Virus record (IMG/VR): IMGVR_UViG_3300025131_000020
Direction: 5' to 3' (one strand)
Source: an uncultured virus (IMG/VR IMGVR_UViG_3300025131_000020)
Lineage: Duplodnaviria; Heunggongvirae; Uroviricota; Caudoviricetes
DNA: 64,000 nt
The notes beneath the pieces are model-generated. The model was not told where the DNA came from and searched no databases. It worked only from the letters and a program-made list of their open reading frames with translations. Below, in pieces: positions 28,926 through 39,700 of this stretch. The translations under genes and the position numbers were made by a program. Each line of letters begins with the position of its first letter. Positions within the stretch are counted from its first letter, which is position 1.

Positions 28926-29456
28926 CTATACCCTTCCGTCAGATCCCTCATAAGACCTACCAGATATATATGATCCAATTGTTTGACCTGATATTCCCTT
29001 TGCTGTATCTGACGGTGTAGCAAGTCCCCCAAGTCCTGTCCCAAACTCTACACCGGGATCTGGGAGCTCTCCTGTAAAAGCATCCTGATCATTTGGAAAC
29101 ACGCTTCCAGGACCAGGTGACGTTAGATTTGGGACATATGGCGAAGATGGTAGTCCCCCTCCGCCTGTTTTAACATCTAGCATAGTGGGTGAGGATGAAT
29201 AATTTAAATCAAAAGTACCAAAAGTATGACCAGCATCGTTGACAATTCCCTTGGCCGTTCCAGTCAGCTTATCGCCGCTTCCACCAGCACCATTTAAAGA
29301 CGAAACACCGATATCTAGAACAGTTTTCTCATTATAGTCGCTGTATAACGGCGAGCTAGAAAAAGAAGCTTTAAGATTTACATCATTTCTTTTTCCAAGG
29401 CCTCCATCTCCTGCTGGACCGAGAGGTGTTACAGTTCCTTGCTTGTGTGTTGGCAT
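28926..29456 (-). CDS. Hypothetical Gly/Pro/Ser-rich head-module protein, 176 aa
   Basis: Coupled to neighbours; GGGGLPSSPYVPNLTSPGPGS segment. Confidence 0.65.
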   Translation of the reverse strand: MPTHKQGTVTPLGPAGDGGLGKRNDVNLKASFSSSPLYSDYNEKTVLDIGVSSLNGAGGSGDKLTGTAKGIVNDAGHTFGTFDLNYSSSPTMLDVKTGGGGLPSSPYVPNLTSPGPGSVFPNDQDAFTGELPDPGVEFGTGLGGLATPSDTAKGISGQTIGSYISGRSYEGSDGRV

Positions 29457-29457
29457 A

Positions 29458-29694
29458 TTATAATTCTCTTATAATGGTTTTCTTAACTCTTGCTTTTTCT
29501 TTTAGAATCTTTTTAAGCTTTTTTGTTAGTTTTGCTTCATGAATTTTAAGAGCTTTAAGATAGTCAACATTTTTAGCAAGCGTATTTGCCATATCCTTGG
29601 CATCAACTTCATCTGCACTAACGTTTATCTTTCTTTTTTCTTCAAGAACAAGCTGTTTAAGTCTATTGTGTGTGAGTTTTTTAACTCTGGCCAT
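29458..29694 (-). CDS. Small basic prohead-region protein, 78 aa
   Basis: AGGAG SD; N-terminal KLTHNRLKQLVLEE motif. Confidence 0.65.
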   Translation of the reverse strand: MARVKKLTHNRLKQLVLEEKRKINVSADEVDAKDMANTLAKNVDYLKALKIHEAKLTKKLKKILKEKARVKKTIIREL

Positions 29695-29759
29695 TTGACT
29701 CTCCTATTTGAGACGTAAGTTACATGTATACATATTACGTCAAGTCAAAAATACTTAAT

Positions 29760-30281
29760 CTACTTTCTGGCGCTTGACTCAAAAGCAAGAGCTGCCCAAT
29801 TACTAGCTGCTTCACCAAACATCTCTAAGGGATCTGACATTGCTGCTGCTTTTGCAGCCTTATCACCCTGAGATAGAACAGCTGCCTCATGAGCCACTGG
29901 TGTATTGCTAGTTGAAGGTGTGGATGATCTTTGTTCCTGGAGTGTCGTTCTTGCTGTATCCTGAAATATAGATGATAAGACTGGATCATCTGTCAAATTT
30001 CTAACAGCATTTTTTACATTTTTCTCAAATTTTTCGTTAGGTGCAGGTTCTCTTTTCACCCCGTAGGATACAGAATCTAGTCCAGACCTTCTTGAAGCTG
30101 GAATGTTTGATCTTGACTGACGTGATCTTGAATTTGATTCACTTAATCCAAGTGTGGGCGTTGAAGACTCTCTCAATCTTCTAGAAGGTTGTTGAGATTC
30201 GTTTAAAATACCTTCATTCAAAATTTCTACCAGACACTCTTTTACAATTCCCTTAAGAGCGCTTCTAGATAGCTTAGCCAT
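29760..30281 (-). CDS. Hypothetical prohead-region protein, 173 aa
   Basis: N-terminal KLSRSALKGIVKE motif; repeated LNE/LRE/LSE. Confidence 0.7.
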   Translation of the reverse strand: MAKLSRSALKGIVKECLVEILNEGILNESQQPSRRLRESSTPTLGLSESNSRSRQSRSNIPASRRSGLDSVSYGVKREPAPNEKFEKNVKNAVRNLTDDPVLSSIFQDTARTTLQEQRSSTPSTSNTPVAHEAAVLSQGDKAAKAAAMSDPLEMFGEAASNWAALAFESSARK

Positions 30282-30748
30282 TATCCAACACCCTCAAACA
30301 GAGGAACATCAGACGGTCCGGCTCGGACGCTTCCAGATATCGTTCCAGTCAGGATAGGAAATTGTCCAGCATCAACTCCTGACAATCCTGCAAGAACACT
30401 ATAAGCAGTCTTTCCATGCTCAGCTCTTAAAAATAATGACTTGCATCTGAGCTCTAGTCTTGGAGAAGATCCAGATGCAGGAACAATAAAGTAGTTACTA
30501 ACACTTCCGTGACCCTTTGCATTAACTCCGTTTAGAGAAAATCCAACTCTTAGAGGATTTTCACCATGATTTTGAACATGAAAGAATCTAGTAACATAGG
30601 GAAAGTCTATTCTCTCCGGGGTTGTTCCCAGGACGCCAGGCGTTGCAGTTCCAGATTGCAATGAAGATGTCACAAACGGGACACCGGAAACCTGATATGC
30701 CGGAACAAAATTTGGACCGGCGCCTCTTTCTGGATAGTATTCAGCCAT
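30281..30748 (-). CDS. Hypothetical virion protein, 155 aa
   Basis: TAATG coupling on both sides; beta-rich (YQVSGVPFVTSS..IDFPYVTRFF..LRVGFS). Confidence 0.7.
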   Translation of the reverse strand: MAEYYPERGAGPNFVPAYQVSGVPFVTSSLQSGTATPGVLGTTPERIDFPYVTRFFHVQNHGENPLRVGFSLNGVNAKGHGSVSNYFIVPASGSSPRLELRCKSLFLRAEHGKTAYSVLAGLSGVDAGQFPILTGTISGSVRAGPSDVPLFEGVG

Positions 30749-31371
30749 TATTCATCTCCCCAAGCCAATATTTCATTAAATATTCTATCGACCCTGTCAC
30801 TCTTAGTAAAAATCTTATCTAGATCATCTCTTTTTATCTCTCTTCCCTCATTCATCATAAATGCACCAGGTGTAGAGGGCTCAGAAACCATATCAAAACA
30901 TATTAGTTGAAAATCATCTTGAACAATTTGTGTATCTCCCTGTCTCTTTGTTGTGCCAACCCCTCTTGACGATATTCCAAGCGTAACTCCTGACTCAACT
31001 AGACTTTTAAGAATCTTTCCGCTAGGTGTATCAAGAAGCTCGACAGCCCCAAGGCAGACATCGTCTTCCATGTAAGCCTCCCTTACAATGTGAGATGCAT
31101 TCTTTAGTTCAACTACTGAAGAATCTGGATGATCACACTCACCAAGTGCACGATTCTCTCTAATAAATTTTTGATAATTTTTTACTTCTCTTTCAAGAAT
31201 TGATTTTGGATAAATTCTTCCATTTTGATTCAATGTGTCTGACTTTTGAAGAACGCCCTTAAGAATGACTCTTCCGCCATTTCTTTGCATATCTTCTTTA
31301 ATTGTTTCAGCATCGATCTTGAGAGGAAGCCACTCTGTTAAAAGCTTTAGCTTATTGTCACTACTCATCAC
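30748..31371 (-). CDS. Prohead maturation protease (T4 gp21 family), 207 aa
   Basis: NQNGRIYP, ALGECDHP, NASH, LDTPSGKI, LGISSRGVG, DFQLICFDMVSEPSTPGA. Confidence 0.93.
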   Translation of the reverse strand: MMSSDNKLKLLTEWLPLKIDAETIKEDMQRNGGRVILKGVLQKSDTLNQNGRIYPKSILEREVKNYQKFIRENRALGECDHPDSSVVELKNASHIVREAYMEDDVCLGAVELLDTPSGKILKSLVESGVTLGISSRGVGTTKRQGDTQIVQDDFQLICFDMVSEPSTPGAFMMNEGREIKRDDLDKIFTKSDRVDRIFNEILAWGDE

Positions 31372-32213
31372 TACTCCGTTAATTCGTTCTTAAGCTTAGA
31401 TATCAATAGAAACTTAGATATTGTTGTGTCATTAATCTCAGTTGAATTTGTTTCTTGAATATTTCTCTTGACATCTTTTATTTTTTCTAAAATAATATCA
31501 CTATCAGTAGTAGAGCTTAAGCTGTCTATCTCTCTGACTGTTTCTTCCTTTATTGAATTCAATTTAGATTTTATTGAAGATCCATTGTCTTTTGTCATCG
31601 AAAAAACATACGTTCTAATAATATCTTTTTGTTCATCATTTAGTCTATTATGATATTTTTTATTAAATTTTTCTGTTAAAATTTTAACTACAAGTCTATC
31701 TACATCATGATCTACATTTTCTTCAATGGTGTCACATTCCTTTTCAGATAAAAGACACTCAACAATTCTTGATTCATGTATTGCAACATTTGTAAGATTT
31801 GATAGATCACCCTTTCTCCATTCATTTAAAAGAGTCTGTATATTAGCATACATTGTATAGTCAGGAACTCTTCTATAATAAAACTTACTATCGTTGATAG
31901 TGTAATTAATTTCTTTAATTAATTTTGATTTTTCACTATTCAGCATATTGACATCACATCTTCTTGCAGCATTTTTAGCTTCTGTCAATATTGCAGCAGC
32001 AACTGAAGACGAGCTAACAGTTGACTTTGCAAGAGCATTAAATAGTCTAAATTCCTTATAGAGTTCTGTGCTTTCATTGAAATATTTCTCAATAATATTA
32101 AGTGCGACTTGGGCTTCTTCACTTTTTGACTCAACGAGTCTATCTGAGACATATCGTAAAAGTAGTTCGTAAACTATACCAACATTTCTTTTTTTATTGT
32201 GAGAATTTTTCAT
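31371..32213 (-). CDS. Hypothetical helical protein between portal and protease, 280 aa
   Basis: Long ORF, HNKKRNVGIVYELL N-terminus, coupled to neighbours. Confidence 0.7.
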   Translation of the reverse strand: MKNSHNKKRNVGIVYELLLRYVSDRLVESKSEEAQVALNIIEKYFNESTELYKEFRLFNALAKSTVSSSSVAAAILTEAKNAARRCDVNMLNSEKSKLIKEINYTINDSKFYYRRVPDYTMYANIQTLLNEWRKGDLSNLTNVAIHESRIVECLLSEKECDTIEENVDHDVDRLVVKILTEKFNKKYHNRLNDEQKDIIRTYVFSMTKDNGSSIKSKLNSIKEETVREIDSLSSTTDSDIILEKIKDVKRNIQETNSTEINDTTISKFLLISKLKNELTE

Positions 32214-32219
32214 TCTAAG

Positions 32220-34313
32220 TTATCTCTCGTCATCATCAGAGGACTCTCTAATAATTTGGCTTCTATCAATATTTATTCTACTCTCAAGTGATTTCAATGT
32301 AGATCTTACATCTGAAGTCATCTTTGCTTGTTGTGCTGACTTTTCGTTAAAGAATGCTTCAAAAAATGATGACTCGTCAATATCATAAGTTTCATCAGCT
32401 TCTTTCAGCGGATTTGAGCTTAGCAGCTGTCCCTTTTGTCCGAAAAGGTCTCTTCCGAGAGATTTCATCCCATAGGGATCACCAAAATTAGACCCCTTGC
32501 TTCGATCGATTCTCGTACCGCCAAGTGGGTCTGGAAACATCCCTCTATCACCCATTGCAGTTGCTGCATTCTTAACTCTTCTCTTTCTATTTCTCTTTTC
32601 TTTTTCTTGAGGTGTGTAGTCTTCTTCTACTTCTTCGTCATCTTCGTCATCTTTTTCATCATCTTCTGAAATTAATGAAGAATACTTTCTAATTCTATTC
32701 TGAGCTCGGATCGGAGCAAGCTCGTCATCCATTTTGAACATGACAATGTTGTCTTCATCGTCTGCTTCATCTAGTGAACTATTTTCTTGTTGCCAGTCTG
32801 ATGCTAGAATTGGTAAGTTTCTTGTATTCATATCATCACCTGCCAGCTCTTCATCACTGCCCTCTTCTTCGCCGCCTTCTTCGCCGCCTCCGCCGCCGCC
32901 TTCGTCTGGTTCAGGAAGCTTAGCCTCTTCAATCTTAAGATCAATTAGCTTATCCTCCATCTTTCCTGCTTCTATCTCATCGATTTGCTTATCAGAAAGT
33001 CCTAAAATTGTCTTTCTTAAAAAGTTTCTATCAACCATTCCCTCAGGTGCGTTTCCTGCTATTTCAAATCTAGATCTAAAAAGCTCTAATTTCTGCTGCT
33101 GTGCTACTGTAGACGGATTTGAAAGCCTAAGGCTAAAGTCTAAAAGATCCTCTCCCTCAAATCCATATGTGTAAAGATGAATAATTGCTATCTTATTGAG
33201 TTCTGAAATTATTGTTCTTTGAATTTTATTGATTGCACGAGAAAACCTTATATCTTCCTGGGCAAGTGTAGCTTTTGCACCGAGTCCTTCATCGTATCCG
33301 AGATATGCCTTGGGTATCTTAAGAGCTGCAAATAACTTCTTCTGAATATATTCAACATCCTCAATTGCTGTAGCGTTTTGACCACCTGCAAGTGTGTCAA
33401 TTGTTGTTCCAGATTCCGACCCGCGCACAGGAAGATAATAGTCTTCGTCAACAGAAAGTGGGTTATATCTTAAGTCTACCCTTCCCGTATTCTTGTCTAC
33501 AACCTGACTTCTCTTAAGGGTTGATTGAACCTGCTCCATGTAGTTTGGAATATCTTCTGGAGGAACATTTCCAACATCAATCTTAAAAACTCTTCTTTCA
33601 GGAGATCTAACCACCCTATAGACCAACATGGCGTCCTCAACAAGTATCAGCTGTCTCCAGATCCTTCTAGCTGATTCTAGAACAGAAGATCCATATGGCA
33701 AGAATGCATCATTTCCCAAAAGACGAAAGTGAGTTACTTGCCAGTTCTCAAGAACTTGATTTCCCTGTGTTACCCATCTATACCTAACAGCCATCGGATC
33801 TTGTGGATCAAACCCCTCTTCTCTCTCAATCTCATTGACAGGAATTGGTAAGACATTTATAATTCCGTGATCAGGACTGAGATCATTGAATAGAAAGAAG
33901 TCCCCATACTTACAAAGATTTCTAACCCACGATGTTAAATTAAATTCAACATTAATAGTGTCTAAAAATAGATCTTCCAGAAGGCTTTTAATTTTTGGAT
34001 TTTCTGAGTATATGTGTAAGCAATGTCCATTTTCATCAGTTGCTGCAGATTCTTCCGCATATACATCAAGTGCACTAGCAATCTCAGGTGTATATTCCAT
34101 TTCACTGAAATCAGAATACCTGGCCATTCTATCATAAGTCCCATAGGCACTCATGGCTGTGCTGTATACGTGGCTTTGTGTCTTTCCAAATATGTCAAAT
34201 GCAGAAGACGGACTGTCACCTTTACTTGACTTAATTCTTCTCTTTACGACTGGGCCACTTCTAAATAGCTTTGTAAGTCTTCTAAAGAGACCTTCTCTGT
34301 TACTTTCTGCCAT
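32220..34313 (-). CDS. Portal protein (T4 gp20 family), 697 aa
   Basis: MEYTPEIASALDVYAEE, WVRNLCKYGD, QLILVEDAMLVYRVVRSPERRVFKIDVGN, EDYYLPVRG..TLAGG, IEDVEYIQKKLFAALKIP. Confidence 0.93.
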   Translation of the reverse strand: MAESNREGLFRRLTKLFRSGPVVKRRIKSSKGDSPSSAFDIFGKTQSHVYSTAMSAYGTYDRMARYSDFSEMEYTPEIASALDVYAEESAATDENGHCLHIYSENPKIKSLLEDLFLDTINVEFNLTSWVRNLCKYGDFFLFNDLSPDHGIINVLPIPVNEIEREEGFDPQDPMAVRYRWVTQGNQVLENWQVTHFRLLGNDAFLPYGSSVLESARRIWRQLILVEDAMLVYRVVRSPERRVFKIDVGNVPPEDIPNYMEQVQSTLKRSQVVDKNTGRVDLRYNPLSVDEDYYLPVRGSESGTTIDTLAGGQNATAIEDVEYIQKKLFAALKIPKAYLGYDEGLGAKATLAQEDIRFSRAINKIQRTIISELNKIAIIHLYTYGFEGEDLLDFSLRLSNPSTVAQQQKLELFRSRFEIAGNAPEGMVDRNFLRKTILGLSDKQIDEIEAGKMEDKLIDLKIEEAKLPEPDEGGGGGGEEGGEEEGSDEELAGDDMNTRNLPILASDWQQENSSLDEADDEDNIVMFKMDDELAPIRAQNRIRKYSSLISEDDEKDDEDDEEVEEDYTPQEKEKRNRKRRVKNAATAMGDRGMFPDPLGGTRIDRSKGSNFGDPYGMKSLGRDLFGQKGQLLSSNPLKEADETYDIDESSFFEAFFNEKSAQQAKMTSDVRSTLKSLESRINIDRSQIIRESSDDDER

Positions 34314-34358
34314 GAATATCTCCAGATCAAATATACTATAATAGATGATCTACATAAA

Positions 34359-35984
34359 TTATTTATACACCCAGTCATATTCGGGAGGTATAATATTTCT
34401 TTCTCCCCACCTATCTTCCCACTTTCCCTGTCTTTTTCCATCAGAATCAGTTCTTATGGGATTATATGGCCTTCCCTCTGTAAGTGCCCCTGGGATATCT
34501 CTCGGCATATCAAAAGTATTCTGCTTTACTGACATTCCCTCAAGCATTGCCTTATTGAGGGCTGTAGAGTTTCTACTGTGATCTGAAGCAGAATCATAAA
34601 GCCAGAGACCTATTGCAAGGCTTATGACAAGATCATCATTGTAGTTTCCTCTCATTGCCTGTGCCTTATTTCCCTTCCAGATAAATGTCTTCATTTCTTC
34701 ATAAAATCTGGAAGAGTGAATTTTTATCTGCTTATTTCTAATAACCTCTTCAAGCTTTGTCAAGATCAGCCCTCTTGTTTTGCCACTAGTGGTAAAGCCT
34801 GCAATCTCTGTATTTCCCGGGGGTATATAGTCACCAATTAAGACTGCTTTTCTTCTTCTATAGTAGAGTGTAGGATAGTTTAAATCCTTAAGCTTGATTA
34901 TAGTTGCAAATCCATAGCTATTGTTCTCAGGGCAAACAACTGCTTTGTTATACTTTAATCCAAATTCATTGATAAGGACAGCAAAATCATCTGGCGGGAT
35001 TTTTCCCTTATACTCTGCAACAACCTCGTTCTCATCAACATCGATAATATGAAATGATGAATAATCCTTAGAGTCTCCCCTTGCGACGTCTGCTGATAGA
35101 ATATATCTGTGATCAGAAAGGGGATACTTCCAGATCCATACATTCATATCCCTACCTCCCCGATCTACAGGGCTCTTTATCTGTGATTGAAGATATTTTA
35201 AATCTTCATCTGTAAGAAATGTCTCACCAGATGATGCAAAATCACAAAGATATTCTTGTGCAACCTTTCTTGCTGAAAAGTTTCTAGTCTCTTTGTCAAA
35301 CCATTCTTGATCTCTTTCTGGGTGGACATCCCACGGAAGCCTTATCGCCTTAAATTCATTCAATCCTGCTTCTGCATTTGTAAATAATTCATGATACTGA
35401 CCTCCGACTCCATTTGGAGTTGAAAGAATAACAACACGTCCACCAGTAGATATTGTAGGGTATAGCCCCATCCAAAGCTCATCGAAATTTCTAACAAATG
35501 CAGCCTCGTCAACAATTAAAAGGCTCAGAGCTTCAGATCGGCCTGCATCTTCTGATGTCGGTATGGCCTTAATTGATGATCCGTGACTAAATTCTAGAAG
35601 CTGCTTATTATTTGTTACAATTTGGGGAAGAACTAACCATGGTGGTAAGTTTCTTATTATTGTCTTAACTTTTTTAATGAAGTTTTGAGCAACACTTAGT
35701 TTTGTTGCAATGATAAGGATGTTCTTATCTTTTTGAAAAATCGCAAGCCAGGTTGCATACGCTGCAGTAAGAGTTGATAGACCAAGCTGTCTCGACTTGA
35801 CTATTATTGAAAATCTATTTTGAATAAAATCATCTACACAATCATCCTGAAATGGGTATGTATCAAAAGGTATCAGCCCTCTAACTGGGTGTTGAATTCT
35901 TGTGTACTTATTAAAGAAATAAACGGGATCTTTTCCACATTTTATAATCTCTTTAACTTGTCTAGATTTATTCGTGGAAGCCAT
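34359..35984 (-). CDS. terL: Terminase large subunit (T4 gp17 family), 541 aa
   Basis: CGKDPVYF, YPFQ, Walker A KSRQLGLST, Walker B LLIVDEAAF, LSTPNG, nuclease ILSADVARG..DYS, NDDLVISLAI. Confidence 0.95.
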   Translation of the reverse strand: MASTNKSRQVKEIIKCGKDPVYFFNKYTRIQHPVRGLIPFDTYPFQDDCVDDFIQNRFSIIVKSRQLGLSTLTAAYATWLAIFQKDKNILIIATKLSVAQNFIKKVKTIIRNLPPWLVLPQIVTNNKQLLEFSHGSSIKAIPTSEDAGRSEALSLLIVDEAAFVRNFDELWMGLYPTISTGGRVVILSTPNGVGGQYHELFTNAEAGLNEFKAIRLPWDVHPERDQEWFDKETRNFSARKVAQEYLCDFASSGETFLTDEDLKYLQSQIKSPVDRGGRDMNVWIWKYPLSDHRYILSADVARGDSKDYSSFHIIDVDENEVVAEYKGKIPPDDFAVLINEFGLKYNKAVVCPENNSYGFATIIKLKDLNYPTLYYRRRKAVLIGDYIPPGNTEIAGFTTSGKTRGLILTKLEEVIRNKQIKIHSSRFYEEMKTFIWKGNKAQAMRGNYNDDLVISLAIGLWLYDSASDHSRNSTALNKAMLEGMSVKQNTFDMPRDIPGALTEGRPYNPIRTDSDGKRQGKWEDRWGERNIIPPEYDWVYK

Positions 35985-36364
35985 TATTCAACACGAAACG
36001 TTGTTATTCTCTTATAGTAAGCATTTCGCTTAGGTGAGAATGCAGAAGCTGTAATTACATCAACAACATCTCTAGAATTAAGCTCCTTTACCTTTAAAGC
36101 TCTTCCAGACTCTGATTTAAATTCTTTTTTAACACTCTTAACATAGTCATTAATAATCTTAATTGACTCTTCTTCATATTTTTTTGTAAGGTCTCTCATT
36201 TCATAAACTGAGCCCAGATTTACAATTGTCATATACGTTACAGAAAACTTATCATCCTGCAAGCTTGTCTTAATAGACATAGTTGGCGACCTTGTGGTTG
36301 AAGATCTTCCAACAGTAGTATCACAAATATTTCCTAGTATATTGACTTCACTAAAGTTTAGCAT
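35984..36364 (-). CDS. Hypothetical protein, 126 aa, coupled to terL
   Basis: TAATG overlap with terL; GGGGTG SD. Confidence 0.65.
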   Translation of the reverse strand: MLNFSEVNILGNICDTTVGRSSTTRSPTMSIKTSLQDDKFSVTYMTIVNLGSVYEMRDLTKKYEEESIKIINDYVKSVKKEFKSESGRALKVKELNSRDVVDVITASAFSPKRNAYYKRITTFRVE

Positions 36365-36393
36365 GGTATTTCACCCCTTTTTCTATATATTTT

Positions 36394-36711
36394 CTACAAA
36401 GAGAAAGAAACGAAATCAGACACTCTTCTATCTCTTTCACTTGATATTTCGACCTTTGTGGGTCTCCATCCATTTTTCCAATTCTCTTGGTTCATATCTG
36501 CCCATTTCATCCCGCATGATGAGCAACAAGAGTATTTTTTATAATATGCCTTATCTAATTCACCGCTCATAGACAATGTACATACACTGCAAAACAACGG
36601 AATTGGGTCTATTAGATTTTTAGGTTGAGTAACTATAAGCCCAGACTTATGAACTATCTGAATATAGTCTTTTAAAGCTTTAGTTGTACGTGATTTTGGC
36701 ATCTTTTCCAC
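36394..36711 (-). CDS. Small putative zinc-binding protein, ~100 aa (start may be ATG 36702)
   Basis: FCSVC...YSCCSSCGMKW..WKNGWRP; overlaps the end of the Mre11-Rad50 gene. Confidence 0.6.
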   Translation of the reverse strand: MEKMPKSRTTKALKDYIQIVHKSGLIVTQPKNLIDPIPLFCSVCTLSMSGELDKAYYKKYSCCSSCGMKWADMNQENWKNGWRPTKVEISSERDRRVSDFVSFSL

Positions 36712-39700
36712 ATAGAGATATGTCTAAAATATTGTCAACAACATCTTTTACACCGTCAACATGAGAAATAATCATAATATTTTTAAACCATTTTCTCATA
36801 GAATTGAGTAATAAATTACAAGAAGCAATATTATTCTCATCTAAACTACCAAATCCTTCATCAATAATAAACACATCTGGCTTTGGAAGTGAAGAAACAT
36901 TAATCAATGCAACCCTTATTGCAAGAGACGATATCATTTTTTCCATTCCGGATCCAAGCTCAATAATTCGTCTAGAATCTCCATAGTTGATAAAGACGTC
37001 CATTGAGTTAGTATCTGAATCTGCCTCTAGCTCAACAGTAAATCCCATTACTCCTTGAAGAATTTTTGATATTTCATTATTAATATATGGCAGCTGAGAT
37101 CTCATAATTAGTCTTGGGATTCCCTTTTTAGATACAGCTTGCATAATAAGGTCATAGACTTCAAGATCATTACAGACCCTATTTGACATTTCTTTTTCTT
37201 CTAGAAAGTTTGAAAGCTTCATTTCAAACTTTCCAACCTCTTCAACAAGAGAGAGACGCTTTGCATCAGCAATGGTTATTTTGTCAACTATTTCAGAAAT
37301 TTTTCTTTTAATCTTTAAAATCACGCTACTTTCTGAATCATCTACAACGTGTATTTCCATATTTGCAAGGTCATCTCTAGAAGATTCTAATTTTTTCTCA
37401 AATTGAAATACTTGACTACTCATTTTATGAATCTTTACACTTATTGATGAAATTAAAACTTTTAATGATGATTCCTTAGCTAAAATTTCATCATACCTTT
37501 GAATCTTCTCTTCTAGCTCTTTTTCATCAAGACGCTTAATTCTTCTGCGTGCATCTCTTGCCTGAGAGGATAGGAGTGATATGAGCTCTTTTTGATCATC
37601 TATTTTTAGCTTATTTTTGTGAGAATCTTTAATAAACTTACATTTAGGAAATTTATCACCACACGGAACTCCTTCTAGCTTTCTAATAGACTTCTCCTGA
37701 TTTTTTAGAACAGTCTTCTGTCTATCTATCTCGTGTTCAAGCTTAAGAAGTTCTGTATTTATACTTCTAAGCTCTAAAAGCTCTTCCTTTATTTGTTCTA
37801 GGGGGAACTGAGATTTGACTATTTCTATCTTTTTAATCTTATTTTCTGATTCAAGAATTTCATTAGAATGTTCTTTTAATTCTTTTCTAATTTCGAATAA
37901 TGATCTTAGGGTGTTTGATATCAGATCTTTTTGATTAGAGACATCTTGAGAAGTTACTACATCTCTTTCTGGTGATGTTGCAAGCTGTATTCTTAAGTCT
38001 TGATGCTGTGACCTTAGCTTATTTAAAAATAATTCAATTTTATTTATTTTTTCTCTACTATCTTTAATTTCTTTCTCTTGTATGCCAATTTCACTATCCC
38101 AGTCAATCTTCGGTAGATTCTTAGCTTTTAGTCTAATTTCAGAAGACTCCTCTTTTGCCATTGAGAACATTAAATCAAATATTTCAAGATCTAAAAATTT
38201 ATTTAAGATATTTTTCCGAGACGTTGCCTTTTCCTTAATGAAAGCATTCATCTCACCTTGAGATGCTAGAGATGTCAATAAAAAATCATCAGATGTTCCT
38301 ATTAATTTCTGAACAATTTTTTCTGTATCCCTTCTTTGCTCACCTGACATGTCTTCAATGACAAATCCCTGGTCATCAATTTTTGATATTGTTAAACTAG
38401 TTGTTGCATAGACGTGTCCCTTTCTTGCTTGATGCTTAACAGTACCCCTTTCTATTCTATACTTTGCTCCATTTACATCAATTTCAACTTTTGCCTTACA
38501 GTGCTTCTTTCTTGAATTGATTATGTGAATATTTTTAATTCCGCCTCGATCTGTTGTGTTGTAGAGGCAGTACATTAGAGATCCAATTATAGAAGACTTT
38601 CCCTGTCTATTTTTTCCAAAAATACCGGTAATTCCCCCCAGCTTATCAAAGCTTAAAATATTTCCCTTTCCATATCCAAATGTGTTATCAAACGATAGAT
38701 TTCTTATAGACCATCTTGTATTTCTTGCTATTGAATCTTTTTTAGAAATAATGCCAACGTATCTAGAAATTTTTTCTTCAATTTTTATCCAATTTTCATT
38801 AGATATTTCTGTATTTTCATAATAATTTCTCATTAATCGCTGATGAACAGAAAAATCTCTAAGATTTTTCTTTGAAAAAGATTCTCCATCTGCAGATATT
38901 ATTCCTGGGTCGACTTCATGATCGATTTTAAACACTACTTCTGTTGCATTCTTTTGATCCTTTAGCCGCTTATAGAGTGTTACTATATCTGATTGATGAA
39001 TTTTTTTATCAGATCTAATTCTAAATCTTGATCCACTTGCTAGGCTTCCTGTTGATGAAAGAGTAGTATCGATATTGTCAAGCCAGTCAATTGTAACAAA
39101 CGGCTGAGAGTGTGGGATTTCATAAAAAGTTACGTCAAAGTCATCCTTATCCCTAATATCCCAAAATAAAAATCCCTTCCCTTCACCTTCTCCATAGTTT
39201 TGCTGAATTGACGACCCACAATAAGCTACGGTTTTTTTATCATTTAAAAATTGTGCCTTGTGAATATCTCCTAGAAGTGCAAAATCATAATCTGAAAAGA
39301 ATTCTAGATCAACTTCGCCTTCAATCTCCCAATCAATATCTGTCTTAGATCCCCACACTCCGCCGTGGTAGAGTGCAATATTTACTTCATTCTCAATGGG
39401 AGAAATATCCTTCCAGCCATCCTCATCAAAGCAAGAAAAGACACACCAGTTGAATCCTGTTACACCGGTGGGATATACACCTGATTTCTTATATACATGA
39501 ACTCTATGATTATCCAGAGCTGACAGGATTGGACTAATAGCATCCTGGCGGCCCTTGTTGTTGAGCAATCCGTCATGATTTCCCAATATTACATGAACAT
39601 GACAGATTTTTGATAATTCTGTAAACCACCAGCAAAGACAGTCAATCAACTCAGGGGAAATCCCCTGAGTCTTAGAGTGAACTATATCTCCTCCCACATA

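Noticed and set aside
34360..34367. Exact T4 late promoter TATAAATA upstream of the portal gene
   Set aside because: Only instance noticed upstream of a gene, and it is formed by the last terL codons (TAT AAA TAA); other late genes use ATANTTA
24784..35984. Introns, inteins or homing endonucleases in terL, portal or MCP
   Set aside because: Frames are uninterrupted, TerL length is ordinary, and no intein splice or LAGLIDADG/HNH/GIY-YIG motifs were seen
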